Source of the DNA: Azolla caroliniana
Lineage: Eukaryota; Plantae; Polypodiophyta
Reading direction: 5' to 3'
Assembly: GCA_043228905.1 (NCBI GenBank)
Contig: JBHGNT010001463.1
Span: 1-8,087, forward strand
DNA length: 8,087 nt
The notes under the pieces are model-generated. The model saw nothing but the letters and a program-made list of their open reading frames with translations. It ran no database searches and was not told the DNA's origin. How positions within the stretch are numbered: the stretch's first letter is position 1; each line of letters opens with the position of its first letter. A program made the translations under genes and the position numbers. Below, in pieces: positions 7,831 through 8,087 of this stretch.

Positions 7831-8087
7831 TATCTTGTCATTCAATTAATTATAGTAAATTCATATACACATATATAGGAAAAATTACAAGACTATGCTA
7901 GAAACTCCGAACGTATGGTGTGATTTGCACGTACAACGTTTCACGCCATGTTTGGTTACATGTATGACGACATAAAAGGCAAAGAATAAAACCAAGGCTT
8001 ACGAATTGTGAGATGGTCCACACACATCCCACATAATGTCAACATCTTTAATCAAATACAACTAGAAATATTAGGAGGTTTTCATGT

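Overview
AT-rich eukaryotic genomic DNA, almost certainly from a land plant. The clade cannot be determined from this window alone. The one intact gene is a two-exon metallothionein on the minus strand (join complement 4196..4221, 3284..3446; 62 aa), which the supplied ORF track misses. It has a clear TATA box, paired site II motifs, a strong start context and a 749-nt repeat-rich intron. Its architecture is atypical: a Cys-free N-terminal leader followed by two CxCxxxCxCxxxCxC clusters only 11 aa apart. The gene sits among transposon debris: the end of a probably young LTR (1-310, minus), an 83-bp tandem repeat, a decayed pogo/Tc5-type (CENP-B HTH + DDE_1) transposase (~1.3-2.4 kb, plus), and a decayed Mutator-like transposase with a SWIM finger followed by a Ulp1/C48 protease relic (~5.0-7.8 kb, plus). 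The TE calls come from motif recognition by eye across stops and frameshifts and need profile searches. I see no evidence for a wholly new multi-gene system. The best lead is the unusual metallothionein.
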